Source: a virus. From it: DNA of 64,000 nt. The stretch covers positions 2,208 to 66,207 of the IMG/VR virus record IMGVR_UViG_3300035006_000011. One strand, 5' to 3'. The translations under genes and the position numbers were made by a program. Position 1 is the first letter of the stretch, and each line of letters opens with the position of its first letter. Shown piece after piece: positions 9,699-20,349 of the stretch. The notes beneath the pieces were generated by a model. That model was given only the letters and a program-made list of their open reading frames with translations. It searched no databases and had not been told where the DNA came from.

Positions 9699-9736
9699 CA
9701 AAAAGACCATCACCTGTTAGCGTGATGGTCTTTTTG
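9699..9736. terminator. Bidirectional intrinsic terminator
   Basis: CAAAAAGACCATCAC-8-GTGATGGTCTTTTTG between convergent genes. Confidence 0.8.
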
Positions 9737-11206
9737 TTATGCCACGCGCCAAACATAAAGATGGTTATTTGCTGCACTTCCATCAATTTGAGAAGAAGAA
9801 ATCACACTGCTAGCTCCAATCGCCTGAGTTATCACGTCAATATCTAACATCGTCCCCGCTGAAAGCTGTTCAAACCGGAAGCCTTGTTGCTTGTTGGTAA
9901 ACGTGGCTTGCGTTGCTCCGTAAGCATAATTAAAAAAGTCACCAGCATCGACACCAGTACTTAAGTTCGCCAACATTGACCGGAAGCGAATTTGAACTTG
10001 CCCCTGCGACGATTGATAGTTACCTGTAATAGTTGCCTGCAATGCCACCATAAACAAATAGTTACCAGCTTCGGCAATTGTAATAATGCCATTGCTGTCT
10101 AGTATTGCACCTTGGTTTATTACCCTTGGGTTCCAAACGATTGTAGTCCGATTATCTTGCCCCAAAGCAATAACCGATGTTCTTCTTGCAAATATCAAAG
10201 GAGACGGCAACTTCCCTGTAGCAAGTTGCGCGATCGCGTCCTCAACATATTGGGCGGTCGGTACTTCCGTCCCCTTTTCACCCCCTGCAACCGGGAACGT
10301 TAGTGCGGGACGTTTCACCGCACCCGTCATCACTGGGTTATTTCGCGGTAGTCCGGCAGCAACAGTTAGGTAATTACTTAAATCCGGATTGGGAATAGAG
10401 GCTAGAGCGTCTCTAACGTCCCCTCTTGCAGCTGCCTCACTGCTTCCCGTCCAGTTGGTTGCATTGTACCCAACTATTTGCGCCCCTGTCCCACCGGTTG
10501 CACCCTTTGCTGCAATCATTAACCAGTTTGCGTTATCGCCAGTTGTAGGAGGTTGTTGATTTTGGGCAGGTGTTGCGCTTCTCCAAACATAACTATTGCC
10601 GTTGAAACTAACAATGTCGTTCAACGAGTAAATAGTGTTAACCGCATAAGCTCCACGGATTGCAAATTTTGAGGATATGCGATCGCGGTAAGTTGCCACC
10701 GTCGTCAACAACTCCGCCAACCTTGACAATCCAATATCAAACCACGGGAATTGAGACGGAATACCAATCAACGAAGTGAAAGAGACGGGAGTTGCGCTGT
10801 CGGGTGCTTGAGCGTGAAATGCGTCTTGTATTGGGATGTTTTGATTGGCAACTACACGATCAAGCAGCCGAGAGGTGGTGTCATGGACGCTTCCTGTGTA
10901 CCACTTAGAATCGGTTGCCCATTGATGAACTGGTCCAATGTAGGTAGTCCCGTCAAGTAGATAGTAACTAATAACTGATTTTGTCTCAAACAATTCCCAT
11001 TTGTAAGTCACTCCCTCTGACCCTACGCCTTGCAAATTTTGTGTCTGTGGAAGGGTGAGGGTAAACGTTGATGAAGTGATTGTCGCTTCGTATGCGCTTA
11101 CAACTAAAGTAGGGGGATTTGTAGAATTATCGATAAACGGATGATCCGGAGTTGCACGAACTAATCCTGTGATGTTGCCGCTGATCTTGCCTGTAATTTG
11201 AACCAT
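9737..11206 (-). CDS. Tail fibre/receptor-binding-like protein
   Basis: YSLNDIVSFNGNSYV...WLMIAAKGATG (CBM-like plus collagen-like start); C-terminal GIITIAEAGNYLF. Confidence 0.7.
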   Translation of the reverse strand: MVQITGKISGNITGLVRATPDHPFIDNSTNPPTLVVSAYEATITSSTFTLTLPQTQNLQGVGSEGVTYKWELFETKSVISYYLLDGTTYIGPVHQWATDSKWYTGSVHDTTSRLLDRVVANQNIPIQDAFHAQAPDSATPVSFTSLIGIPSQFPWFDIGLSRLAELLTTVATYRDRISSKFAIRGAYAVNTIYSLNDIVSFNGNSYVWRSATPAQNQQPPTTGDNANWLMIAAKGATGGTGAQIVGYNATNWTGSSEAAARGDVRDALASIPNPDLSNYLTVAAGLPRNNPVMTGAVKRPALTFPVAGGEKGTEVPTAQYVEDAIAQLATGKLPSPLIFARRTSVIALGQDNRTTIVWNPRVINQGAILDSNGIITIAEAGNYLFMVALQATITGNYQSSQGQVQIRFRSMLANLSTGVDAGDFFNYAYGATQATFTNKQQGFRFEQLSAGTMLDIDVITQAIGASSVISSSQIDGSAANNHLYVWRVA

Positions 11207-11268
11207 AGAAAAAACGATCGCGTGTTAGGCGATCGGCGCGTCTAGCTGTGAAGAATGAACCTATGAAT

Positions 11269-11712
11269 TTAAATGTCAATATTCACTGTTCCAGGCAATC
11301 CAGTATTTGGCGCAGTTTCAATTACGATAGGTCCAGGGCTGTCTGGTGGTGGTACGGGAGTTGGTAAAGGCTCTCCAGGTTCGGTCGGCGATTTAACGGT
11401 AGGAATTAACTGTTGTACCGCGTCCTTCGCTTTGCCAATTTGTTCGGTTTGAAGATTGAGTGACGCGATCGCATCTTGCAACTGTTCAGGGCTAGCAGCA
11501 CCAGCGGCGGCATCTTCTAAAGCTTTCTTGATTTCCTCAGATTCTTCTTTTACTGCATCAAGGACGGATGCGATCGCTAGTCCGTTGCCTTGGATTGCTC
11601 TCAATAATTCTGGAAAAGTTGCCATAATATACTCTTTTAGCTCCGATACTTCTTGCTTGAGTGTTTTTTGCTTTTTAGACATGAGCCATGCAAGCCAATT
11701 AAAAGATATCAC
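11269..11712 (-). CDS. Hypothetical coiled-coil protein with Pro-rich tail
   Basis: Heptad-like helices then EPLPTPVPPPDSP; true start uncertain (11683 or 11625). Confidence 0.55.
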   Translation of the reverse strand: MISFNWLAWLMSKKQKTLKQEVSELKEYIMATFPELLRAIQGNGLAIASVLDAVKEESEEIKKALEDAAAGAASPEQLQDAIASLNLQTEQIGKAKDAVQQLIPTVKSPTEPGEPLPTPVPPPDSPGPIVIETAPNTGLPGTVNIDI

Positions 11713-11884
11713 AATTGATACAGTGTGTTATTGGAAAAACAAATTCCCTTGCGAGTATCGACCACCACGCAAGGGAATTTTAACAATTTATTTAAAGGGT
11801 GTGTGTTATACGGATTGCGGCAGGTCAGGGTACGTTTCGCTAAAAATGATAATATCACTTTATTTATACAAGAGCAACAAAAAA

Positions 11885-12112
11885 ATGAATTGGCGAAATG
11901 CGGTTACACGCAACTGGAAAACCACCACTATTGGTTCTGTCACGGCAGTAAGTGGGTATATTGCTATGTTTCCCGTAGGATTCACAGCGGAGGCTGTCAA
12001 CTTAGCCAGATATATTCAAGTAGGTGGGTTTGCTTCATTGGGATTGGTTTCCAGAGATTTTGACACAGAAAAGCGGGTACCGAAAGATACTCGCGACGAT
12101 GGAATAACTTGA
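11885..12112 (+). CDS. Putative holin
   Basis: 75 aa, NWKTT motif, two hydrophobic segments, charged tail; start MNWRN inside the track ORF 11456..12112. Confidence 0.65.
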   Translation: MNWRNAVTRNWKTTTIGSVTAVSGYIAMFPVGFTAEAVNLARYIQVGGFASLGLVSRDFDTEKRVPKDTRDDGIT

Positions 12113-12127
12113 TTAAGCTGTGTCAAG

Positions 12128-12926
12128 CTAGAAGTCAAATAGTTTTTGCTGAAACTGTTCGCCAACAAGTCGAGCAAACAAATCTTTAAATTCTTGTTCA
12201 GAAGGGCAGGCATTGACAATCATCAGTACCTTGTCAAAGTGCTGTTTGTGCTTTTCAGTGGCGTTTTCTTCTAGCCATTGGTGGATGGTTTGCTTTCTAT
12301 GTCCGTTGCTTTGGACAGGATTGTTCTTGTCTAGCTTTGCTCGTTCGTTTGCATCTAAAGTGTGATAAATGAACGACCACATCCAGTTGGCTAACTTAGG
12401 GTGGTTGCGTCCCACTTTTGAGAAAAGATGCCACCTTGTCCATATTTTTGTCGCCAAACAACGGATGAGACTTGCGAGGTTTGTCCATGATGCGGTTATC
12501 GTCTTCGCGTCGTTGCTCAATTGTGCGGCAAGTACCGTAAACTTGGTCAAAGCGATCGCGTAAGGAGTCTTTGCCCAAAGCATCAAGAATGATTTCAGCT
12601 TTCACATTGTCGTTTTTATCCTCAAACCGCCATAAAGTAAAAGCATCGTCAAGCGACAATGTTTCGGCATAGCGGGACTGCTTTCCGTCGTAATATTTGA
12701 CCGCTAGGGAAACCCAGGTAAACCCTTTACTAGCAAGTCTTCGAGCTTTGTCAGGCGCGTGGTACGGCAACCTAGCTAAATAGTACTTAGCAACACTAAT
12801 TGCTTTCAATACCTGAGACTGGCTCATCCGATACTCGCTAGTCTCTGTTATCCGAATTGCATCAAATTCTAAATCGCCGATATATAGTTTAACTGCCTCG
12901 GCTGGGCTATAATCTTTTTTAGCCAT
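12128..12926 (-). pseudogene. Frameshifted P63C-family antirepressor-like gene
   Basis: ORFs 12396..12926 and 12128..12586 join by a +1 indel near 12415-12420 (CTC AAAA GTG versus CTT AAA GTC in paralogue at ~47295). Confidence 0.8.
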
Positions 12927-13093
12927 CTTCGTACCTCGAATACGTTTATGGTTGCGTGGGCTGATTGATAACCGGGATGTCTCACCATCCCTTTGCCCAT
13001 TTAAATAATTGTATCAGCAAAAATACACCGTGCTTGCATCGACACAATAAATATTTTTGCTGTAAACTACTGGAAGTATATACAACTGAAGTT

Positions 13094-13306
13094 GTGACTA
13101 TTTACTGCGATCGCGTCTTGTCAGGTGAACGAATTAAAAACTTGCGAGAAAAACATGAACTTTCACAGGGGCAATTGGCGTACTTGATAGGAGTTCGCCA
13201 ACAGTCTGTAGCAAAGTATGAAAAAAGAGGAGTGAGGAATTACTGGGTAGTGCAAAGGGTTGCGATCGCGCTTGGAATTAAACTTTCGGAGATATGGGAG
13301 CCATGA
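13094..13306 (+). CDS. XRE-family HTH protein
   Basis: IKNLREKHELSQGQLAYLIGVRQQSVAKYE; GTG start assumed. Confidence 0.8.
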   Translation: MTIYCDRVLSGERIKNLREKHELSQGQLAYLIGVRQQSVAKYEKRGVRNYWVVQRVAIALGIKLSEIWEP

Positions 13307-13446
13307 CGAATGAATTAGCCTTATGGCAAGCTGCATTAAATGCGATCGCTATTGCTAGAGCTTGTCAAAACATTTACACGCCAAGGACGGATAACCTTGA
13401 TGCTTGGCTAGCAGCAGAGGAGAGATTAAGTGCCGACAGCAGGTGA
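13303..13446 (+). CDS. Small hypothetical protein (47 aa, not in track)
   Basis: ATGA overlap with HTH stop; MTNELALWQAALNAIAIARACQNIYTPRTDNLDAWLAAEERLSADSR. Confidence 0.4.
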   Translation: MTNELALWQAALNAIAIARACQNIYTPRTDNLDAWLAAEERLSADSR

Positions 13447-14308
13447 AGCTTTCCGAATTGCCCAACGCTTTGACAAGTCTTTGGCGACTGCTGAAGACAA
13501 CACCATTGCCCGAATTAACCAAATTCTGCTCAATTCCTATCTCAAGTTAGAAAGGACAATGCGGTTAAAGTGGGACGAAATGGAGCGCGATCGCCCTTTT
13601 CTTCCAGCCCAACGGCAACTACTCGTTACTGAGCAGCTAGGCTATTTGTTGCAGTTGATTAACCCACAGCAACAGTCCGCAATTGAAGCGATGTTTGGAG
13701 AGTTGTTAGCCTTTGCGTCAAACCACGGAGTTAACCTTGCTGATGCTTTATTGGGCGATGCCGCTATGTTTTCGGCTGTACCAGTGGAGGCGATCGCTTA
13801 CTCAGCCACAGAATCCTATAATCGACTCCTCCGACATGGGGATGATTTTGCCTCTAAAGCTAGCATTGCAATTGGTGAGGGATTGGCTCAGGGATGGGGA
13901 GCGCAGAAAATAGCAGGAATATTGAAAGAGCAATTAGGAGTTACAAGGTGGAGGGCAGAAGCGATCGCCCGTACCGAATCAATCAAAGCATACAGTAACG
14001 CCAGTCAGCAAAAATATAATGATGCAGGTGTTGAGGAAGTGGTATGGGTTGCTGTTAGGGAGGGGGTCTGCAAATTTTGTACTTGGCGTAATGGCAAGGC
14101 TTTTAAATTAGGTTCCATCATCCACCCTGGTCACGTAAATTGCAGGTGCTGCCTGATTTGCAGGGTAGGAGATATTGCAGATAATGATTTTTGGCTAAAT
14201 TATTCAGATCAATTGACAGGCGATCCGGGACTAATGCCATTTGAAAAAGCTGCGGGAATGGCGATCCCGCCTAAACCGACATGGATACCAAAAAGAAAAG
14301 ACGGATAG
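13430..14308 (+). CDS. Minor head protein (SPP1 gp7 / Mu F-like)
   Basis: RAEAIARTES ... CKFCTWRNGK ... HPGHVNCRC signature. Confidence 0.9.
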   Translation: MPTAGEAFRIAQRFDKSLATAEDNTIARINQILLNSYLKLERTMRLKWDEMERDRPFLPAQRQLLVTEQLGYLLQLINPQQQSAIEAMFGELLAFASNHGVNLADALLGDAAMFSAVPVEAIAYSATESYNRLLRHGDDFASKASIAIGEGLAQGWGAQKIAGILKEQLGVTRWRAEAIARTESIKAYSNASQQKYNDAGVEEVVWVAVREGVCKFCTWRNGKAFKLGSIIHPGHVNCRCCLICRVGDIADNDFWLNYSDQLTGDPGLMPFEKAAGMAIPPKPTWIPKRKDG

Positions 14309-14323
14309 AACAATCTATCCGTC
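14300..14323. terminator. GACGGATA-N8-TATCCGTC palindrome (copy 2)
   Basis: Provides the KDG-TAG end of the minor head gene; between convergent genes. Confidence 0.8.
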
Positions 14324-14352
14324 TTTGAGTGATAGGAAAGCTTTTGTACTGG

Positions 14353-15105
14353 CTACTGAATACCGGGGATTGGAAGTTGTCCTATGCATTCAGGACGCGC
14401 TACCCGCGTGTTTTGTCGCTTTTTCTGCTGGTGAAATCGGAAATATTGCTCGGTTTTAACTCGGATTACAGCAGGTAATTTGGTAATATCTGTGCCACGA
14501 CGCGATCGCAACGACATTACCAAGATATTGAACGTATCAATGCTTAACCGCATCTTCCCGTCCACTAGTTCAAAATCAACCGATTCAACAAATGCGACTT
14601 GCACTGCATCTTTAAGTTGGTGCTTATGGACAATACCCGATACTTGATGCAACTCTTCTAATGTTTTCGGGAAAGCAATTTGACTTTCTGTTTCGGTTGA
14701 TTTTGATTCAAGTTGAGCAATGCGTGCTTTGAGTGTTTCAACTTCTGGGTTCGGATCGGAGAATAGCGATCGCTCCAAGTTGACGCGGTATTGCTTCTCT
14801 ATTTGGATCAAGTAATCAAGGTACTCTGCCCCTGCGACAGTGTTAGCTCGTGCTAACGCAAACTTGTAACTATCGACTGTTAAGTAAATCTTATTGAAAT
14901 CCTCCGAATGATTATAAAGCAGCGCCAATTGGCGCAAGCCTTGCTCTACAACAGGCTTGAGTCCTGAGCGTTTAAGTAAGTATCTTTTTGCGTCTGATCT
15001 TCTGCTATAGCCAAAGCTTTCCCAAACGGCATCAAAGTCAATCGGGAATTGTTCCCCGTCGCGCTCTGCTTCGAGCGCATCTAAAATGTATGTTTCTGTT
15101 AGCAT
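14353..15105 (-). CDS. AntA/AntB-like antirepressor
   Basis: FPIDFDAVWESFGYSRRSDAKR; IYLTVDSYK; ends QLPIPGIQ. Confidence 0.75.
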   Translation of the reverse strand: MLTETYILDALEAERDGEQFPIDFDAVWESFGYSRRSDAKRYLLKRSGLKPVVEQGLRQLALLYNHSEDFNKIYLTVDSYKFALARANTVAGAEYLDYLIQIEKQYRVNLERSLFSDPNPEVETLKARIAQLESKSTETESQIAFPKTLEELHQVSGIVHKHQLKDAVQVAFVESVDFELVDGKMRLSIDTFNILVMSLRSRRGTDITKLPAVIRVKTEQYFRFHQQKKRQNTRVARPECIGQLPIPGIQ

Positions 15106-15234
15106 GGTTTTGTCGCCTAGTAGAGTAGGTGATCTGTCAGCGGCAATGGGCTAGGTGCAAACTAGCCTTGCTGGCATTAAAATATATTGTATCTTAAAAC
15201 GCACAAATAATTAATTAGCGACACAAAATAATTT

Positions 15235-15807
15235 ATGGTACGTTATTTTCTCGACACAGAATTTATTGAAAACGGGTCAACTATCGATTTGATTAGCATT
15301 GGAATTGTTTGTGAAGACGGACGGGAATATTACGCTATCAATTACGATTGCGATCGCACCAAAGCGGATAATTGGGTGAAAAAGAACGTCTTAGCATTTT
15401 TACCTCCTGAACCATATCCACAGCTTTTTAGGGATAGAAAAGCTTTTGAAGAGTCAGAAGTATATAAACAAGGATGGAGAAACAGGGCACATATAGCTAC
15501 AGAAATCTTAGAGTTTGTTAGGTGGAATAAGAAAAAGCCATATTTTGTAGAAGGTGAAAAGCCTGAGTTTTGGGGTTATTATGTATCTTATGATTGGGTT
15601 GTTTTCTGTCAACTATGGGGGAAAATGATTGACTTGCCAAAAGGCTTCCCAATGTACATAAATGACATCAAGCAACTTTGCAACCAGCTAGGCGATCCAG
15701 AATTGCCAGAACAAGGAAAGGAAGAACATCACGCGCTTAATGATGCTAGATGGAATAAAAGGGCATGGCAGTTTCTAAAAGACAGAGAGGGATTTGGGAG
15801 AAAATGA
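15235..15807 (+). CDS. DEDDh 3'-5' exonuclease (Rv2179c/DUF5051-like)
   Basis: YFLDTEF, SYDWV, HHALNDARW. Confidence 0.85.
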   Translation: MVRYFLDTEFIENGSTIDLISIGIVCEDGREYYAINYDCDRTKADNWVKKNVLAFLPPEPYPQLFRDRKAFEESEVYKQGWRNRAHIATEILEFVRWNKKKPYFVEGEKPEFWGYYVSYDWVVFCQLWGKMIDLPKGFPMYINDIKQLCNQLGDPELPEQGKEEHHALNDARWNKRAWQFLKDREGFGRK

Positions 15808-16031
15808 AGCAATCGAAACTAGTTGAATTAGCAAACAAAGCGATCGCCAGATGGAACGACCCAGACCTTCCAGAATTGCCGGGTTCCCCAGTAGTAAAAA
15901 TAGTTGCATCAAAGCTTGCTTCTGAACTAGAAATTCATCCGCAGGTAATTGCAACTTATTTGGGAACGACAAGCAGTAATAAGCACGTTTATAATATCCC
16001 CGCAAGCGCAATTATTGAATATTTCTCATGA
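15804..16031 (+). CDS. Hypothetical protein
   Basis: Coupled to both neighbours by ATGA overlaps. Confidence 0.55.
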   Translation: MKQSKLVELANKAIARWNDPDLPELPGSPVVKIVASKLASELEIHPQVIATYLGTTSSNKHVYNIPASAIIEYFS

Positions 16032-17629
16032 ATGTACTTGAAAAGCAACTTTTGGGCGGCGATCGCGCTTTTGAATTTCTCAACATCAGAACGGATGGCG
16101 TAACGCCTATTCCTGGTAAATCAAAAGAAGACGTTCGCCGTGATTTTGCGGCAGGTTTGCTATCGCGATCTGACGCTTTGCAAATGCTTGGGTATGAGGA
16201 CGAGGGTATATCAGAACGTGCTGACGCAGAGTACAAAATTGACTGGCAACCCAACACTCTATCTTCATCCACTGAATCAGGAAGATTTATTGATTTTGAG
16301 GAATTAGACGGGAAAGAATGGGGCGATCGCTCTATCTATTTAATTCAACGCTCCAATGCTGGCGACCTGTTTGCTGTCGGGTATGAAAATGAAGAGGTTG
16401 CAGAAGAGGCGTATCTTACAATTGCACCTTTGAATGGATACCTAGGAATTGAGGAGATAACCAGTGACAGTGAAAGAAGCGATAGCCTCCGGTTGGACAG
16501 GAATTATGTGCGCGATTCTCGTGGTCGTTTTGCTCGTGTGGCTGGAAACTCACAGCCAAAAGAGGTAGTTGCGCTAGATCGAATTAATTCCAAAACTAAC
16601 ATTGCTCAGTTAAAGGCGATCGCTGATAAGCATGGAATTGCGGTTCCCAAGTCTGCACACAAGCGAGAATCTTGGCGGCAAGCGATTAAATCGCACCCAG
16701 AAGGCAGCCCATATTTTGAGAAGAAGCCGCGAGCCAAAAGTCCAATACCAGGGAAGAGAAAAAGTAGTTTAGAACAGAGAATATTTCAGACTGATTTTTC
16801 GGATCATAAACAAATTATCTTTCTAGGAAAATTTTTAGCATCTGAACACATTAAATCGTCTGAACCATCGGAAGAGGAATTACAAGCGATGGAATCTCGC
16901 AACGAATTTGGGAAAAAAGCACAAGCAGCGTTGAAGGCAAGGAACACAAAGGAAGCAAACAAGTATATTAACTCTTTTCATAAAGCGGAAAAAAAATACG
17001 AAGCTTTAGCTTCTGAAAGGAAACAAGCGCTAGTTATTGAACACCAGAATCTTAAAGATGCGATCGCAAAGCATCACGGGTTGTCACCATCCGTGAAAAA
17101 CGCGATGGCTGAATCAGTTGTATATGATCTCCCAAAAGCGTCACCTAAGGAAATAAAAGAAATAAAAGATCATCTTGCCGAATTTTATGGATTATCTGGC
17201 GGAAAAGGAGCAGTTTCTTATGTAGAACATTCTAGCGATAGAGCGTTCGCCAACGAACAGCAAAGCTTAATCAACGTTGGCAATAAAACCAATAAAGAAA
17301 TTATTTTTCATGAATTAGGTCATCATGTAGAATACAATTCTTCATCAGTCCAGTCGGCTGCGCGAGATTGGGTAAAAAGCAGAGCAACTTCCCAAACGCC
17401 AGCAAAGCTCTCCGATCTCACTGGAAGCAAAACTTACGGAAATGATGAAATAGCTTTGCCCGACAGCTTCATATCTGCTTACGTAGGAAAGGTTTACGCT
17501 CACGGATCTACAGAAGTATTGAGCATGGGTGTTGAACATTTGGCAGAGCCAAAAAAAATGATTTATCTTCACCAGCAGGATATCGAACATTTTCACTTTA
17601 CTATAGGAGCATTGTTAAATGCAAATTAA
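16028..17629 (+). CDS. Multidomain head-associated protein with C-terminal zincin metallopeptidase
   Basis: RDSRGRF motif, HeH/LEM-like AQLKAIADKHGI, HELGH ... TEVLSMGVE zinc-binding motif. Confidence 0.7.
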   Translation: MNVLEKQLLGGDRAFEFLNIRTDGVTPIPGKSKEDVRRDFAAGLLSRSDALQMLGYEDEGISERADAEYKIDWQPNTLSSSTESGRFIDFEELDGKEWGDRSIYLIQRSNAGDLFAVGYENEEVAEEAYLTIAPLNGYLGIEEITSDSERSDSLRLDRNYVRDSRGRFARVAGNSQPKEVVALDRINSKTNIAQLKAIADKHGIAVPKSAHKRESWRQAIKSHPEGSPYFEKKPRAKSPIPGKRKSSLEQRIFQTDFSDHKQIIFLGKFLASEHIKSSEPSEEELQAMESRNEFGKKAQAALKARNTKEANKYINSFHKAEKKYEALASERKQALVIEHQNLKDAIAKHHGLSPSVKNAMAESVVYDLPKASPKEIKEIKDHLAEFYGLSGGKGAVSYVEHSSDRAFANEQQSLINVGNKTNKEIIFHELGHHVEYNSSSVQSAARDWVKSRATSQTPAKLSDLTGSKTYGNDEIALPDSFISAYVGKVYAHGSTEVLSMGVEHLAEPKKMIYLHQQDIEHFHFTIGALLNAN

Positions 17630-17906
17630 ATTGCTACACAGAGTAACTAATGAATATTACACAATCAACACTGATAATGGCTTTGCTGATGACGCTACTA
17701 TTAACCCAGATTATTTAGGCGATCGCGTTGAATATTTAACCCGCGAGTTAGAAACCAGTTACGGCTACTATGGGCACACCATCAATCCGATAGAAACCAC
17801 TAACATTGATTTAGCGGTCGCGGTAAGATCGCTCCCGTCTTTTGAAGTCCTATCGATCGACCCCGAGCCAACACCGTCGAAATTACCAGAAGGGTCAGTA
17901 AGTTAA
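17619..17906 (+). CDS. Small acidic hypothetical protein (possible partner of 16028 protein)
   Basis: Overlaps upstream stop; 95 aa. Confidence 0.6.
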   Translation: MQIKLLHRVTNEYYTINTDNGFADDATINPDYLGDRVEYLTRELETSYGYYGHTINPIETTNIDLAVAVRSLPSFEVLSIDPEPTPSKLPEGSVS

Positions 17907-17928
17907 AACCTTTTATTAGTTTTAAGAT

Positions 17929-18504
17929 ATGTCTACCCGAAAAGTTATAGGCACAATACGAAGAATAGACGGTTCCCCGCGAAAATATGCAAAAGTGACA
18001 TTTAGGCGAGTTGTCGGCTCGTATACTTTTGATGCTCAATATCCTGCGGATATTTGTCAAGTAACCACTGATTCTTTTGGACGTTTTTCTTGCATACTTT
18101 GGTGCAATACCGAGTCTGAAGCGGGAGAAACACTTTACGAATGTCTTTTTGAAGGCGATCGCTTTAAGTTTAGTTTACCTGTCGGGGTAGGCGATATTGA
18201 TTTATCTTCTCTTCGCGCAATGGGAAGTCATGTAAACGACCCAAAGCATGAGACGGTATTAGAGTACATAAACTCTCAAATAGCTTTGTATCGCGGAGGA
18301 GAGTATTATCAATATTTTTATCCTGGGATAAACGAAAAAATTTTTACGTTAACAAATCCCGTTACATCTCCTGAAAAATCACAAATTTTTCTGAACGGAC
18401 TGAAGCAGCAATTTGGAACCGATTACAACATTGACGCAAACCTGATAAATTGGATTGCAGAAATCTCTTTGTCTCCAGAATATTTACTTGAGGTTTATTA
18501 TTAA
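17929..18504 (+). CDS. Putative virion protein
   Basis: Ig-like N-terminus; QIFLNGLKQQFGTDY motif common in fibre/baseplate proteins. Confidence 0.55.
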   Translation: MSTRKVIGTIRRIDGSPRKYAKVTFRRVVGSYTFDAQYPADICQVTTDSFGRFSCILWCNTESEAGETLYECLFEGDRFKFSLPVGVGDIDLSSLRAMGSHVNDPKHETVLEYINSQIALYRGGEYYQYFYPGINEKIFTLTNPVTSPEKSQIFLNGLKQQFGTDYNIDANLINWIAEISLSPEYLLEVYY

Positions 18505-19208
18505 TGTTACTCAAATCTTCTCAAATAGCTGCACTTTTCGACGGTTTTATTAGAATTAATAACTTTAACGCCAATGCGAACAGCAGTAACATCACTACGG
18601 CTATAACAACGCCTTTAGCTACAGCGGGAAGAGGTGGTGTTTCCGTCCCTCTCCAAGCGGCTACGAATACAACAATCGGGGTTGTTACTACAGGAACCAC
18701 TGTTGCTTTATTTTTAGCATCATCGGAAAAACCTGCTCTTGATAATGCTGGAAATAAAGTTTATGGTAGATTGACTGAATCCTCTGGAGTCTATACCCTA
18801 AACTATTTTAGCAACGTTGCAGGCGTTGAAACGGCTTACACTTTTGCCTCTACAACGATAGACTTTGTAATTCCTTATCGGTTTGATTTTGCAAGACTGC
18901 CTTCGGACTTTGCGATCGCATTTCCTATAAACGATATAAATATTGCGGCTGGCGGAGGTGTAGTCGCTCGCCAATTTTCAGAAAAGTTAACAGTTACTGC
19001 AACAAACACTTTAAGTAACCTTACCTTTACGCCAAATTTTGACTACAATATTTCGGTAGAAATCAACGGAAAAGTCGAAAATAGTTTTGGTGGTGGCTCG
19101 GCCTCATTTTCCCGAAATGTAAAGACATTGATCTGGAATCAAGCTAACGCAGGATATCAAATTTTAACCACTGACGATGTGGTTGCTCGCTATACCACTT
19201 TAGAATAA
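18504..19208 (+). CDS. Putative virion structural protein
   Basis: Thr/Asn-rich beta-type ORF coupled to neighbours. Confidence 0.55.
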   Translation: MLLKSSQIAALFDGFIRINNFNANANSSNITTAITTPLATAGRGGVSVPLQAATNTTIGVVTTGTTVALFLASSEKPALDNAGNKVYGRLTESSGVYTLNYFSNVAGVETAYTFASTTIDFVIPYRFDFARLPSDFAIAFPINDINIAAGGGVVARQFSEKLTVTATNTLSNLTFTPNFDYNISVEINGKVENSFGGGSASFSRNVKTLIWNQANAGYQILTTDDVVARYTTLE

Positions 19209-19215
19209 AGCCGTA

Positions 19216-19935
19216 ATGTCGTTATTAAAATTTGAACAAATAATAGGAAAGACTTTGCAGATATTATCGCAAGCGAATAGTTTTGTAGCAAGCATATCTG
19301 CGTCAATAACCGCCAGTAGAAGTTTTTTACTTCCAGATAAATCGGGAACCATTGCTGTTGTCAGCGATATTACCAACGCTGAACAATACGGCAAATTCAC
19401 AGGCTTGAAATCAAATTATTATCTGCTAGGCAATGATTTAGGAGCGATTCCCGTTGCTGGCGGACAATCTGCAATTGTTTCGTACCACGGACTAAGATTG
19501 GGCGGGCATAATGGCTCGACGTTATACAACTCAAGCTATGTGCCGTACGATCCTCCTTTAATTGGAAATATTGAGAATAGAAGCACATTTGTTGTAGGTA
19601 TTTGTGCAGGTGCAACACAGGCACCGTGGCACACTGGTGTTGGTACAACTAACGCGCTAGGAATACTGAACCTTTACCAGACTTCGTGGCACACCAATGG
19701 TACTTTTATAAATTGTAAAAATAGCTCAATGGTATCAAAATTCTCCGTGAACCTCAACGGCGAACTTTTTGTGGGAACAGACAAAGTAATTGGCGCTCGT
19801 GAAACAGGATGGACGACAGCGATCGGAACCTCTAATAAAGGCACTTTTAATACCGCAACGGCAACTGCGACAGAATGCGCTCAAAGAATTAAAGCACTTG
19901 AAGATATGCTCAGAGCGCACGGGCTTATAAATTAA
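19216..19935 (+). CDS. Tail fibre/spike-like protein
   Basis: RSFLLPDKSGTIA motif; C-terminal VIGARETGWT...RIKALEDMLRAHGLI. Confidence 0.65.
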   Translation: MSLLKFEQIIGKTLQILSQANSFVASISASITASRSFLLPDKSGTIAVVSDITNAEQYGKFTGLKSNYYLLGNDLGAIPVAGGQSAIVSYHGLRLGGHNGSTLYNSSYVPYDPPLIGNIENRSTFVVGICAGATQAPWHTGVGTTNALGILNLYQTSWHTNGTFINCKNSSMVSKFSVNLNGELFVGTDKVIGARETGWTTAIGTSNKGTFNTATATATECAQRIKALEDMLRAHGLIN

Positions 19936-19959
19936 TGGAAACACTACTGGACAAAATAT

Positions 19960-20349
19960 ATGTTCATAACTATTGAAGAGGCGATCGCGGTGGTGAAACA
20001 GTATGCGGGTATTCCTGTAGCTAGTTTTCAGTGGGATGAATCGCTGCTTGCATTGCTTGAGGGGTCTAGGGGGCTTGAATCTTACCGACCATACATAGTG
20101 GCTGCGTTTCATTTGTGGAGTGCCTCCGGCGCAGTAAGACAGCAGTTGTATGAGGGAGATGGAGCTAAGTTTTTAAAGCCAGAAGATTTAACGCCGACGA
20201 TAACAGGATTATTGGCAACGCAAGAGGCTATAGACGGACAATTAACGGGAATACCGGAAAGTTGGTCAATTATCAAAGTTCGATTGCTTTGTGGGTGTTC
20301 AAAAGTAGCAACAACGGTTACAGCAGGAGGAGGAAGTCTTGTAATTTGA
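19960..20349 (+). CDS. Putative head-tail adaptor
   Basis: 129-aa helical protein, YRPYIVAAFHLW; size and position only. Confidence 0.45.
   Translation: MFITIEEAIAVVKQYAGIPVASFQWDESLLALLEGSRGLESYRPYIVAAFHLWSASGAVRQQLYEGDGAKFLKPEDLTPTITGLLATQEAIDGQLTGIPESWSIIKVRLLCGCSKVATTVTAGGGSLVI

Noticed and set aside
11456-11884. N-terminal extension of the holin ORF in the track
   Set aside because: Antisense to the 11269 gene; the holin-like sequence starts at MNWRN (11885)
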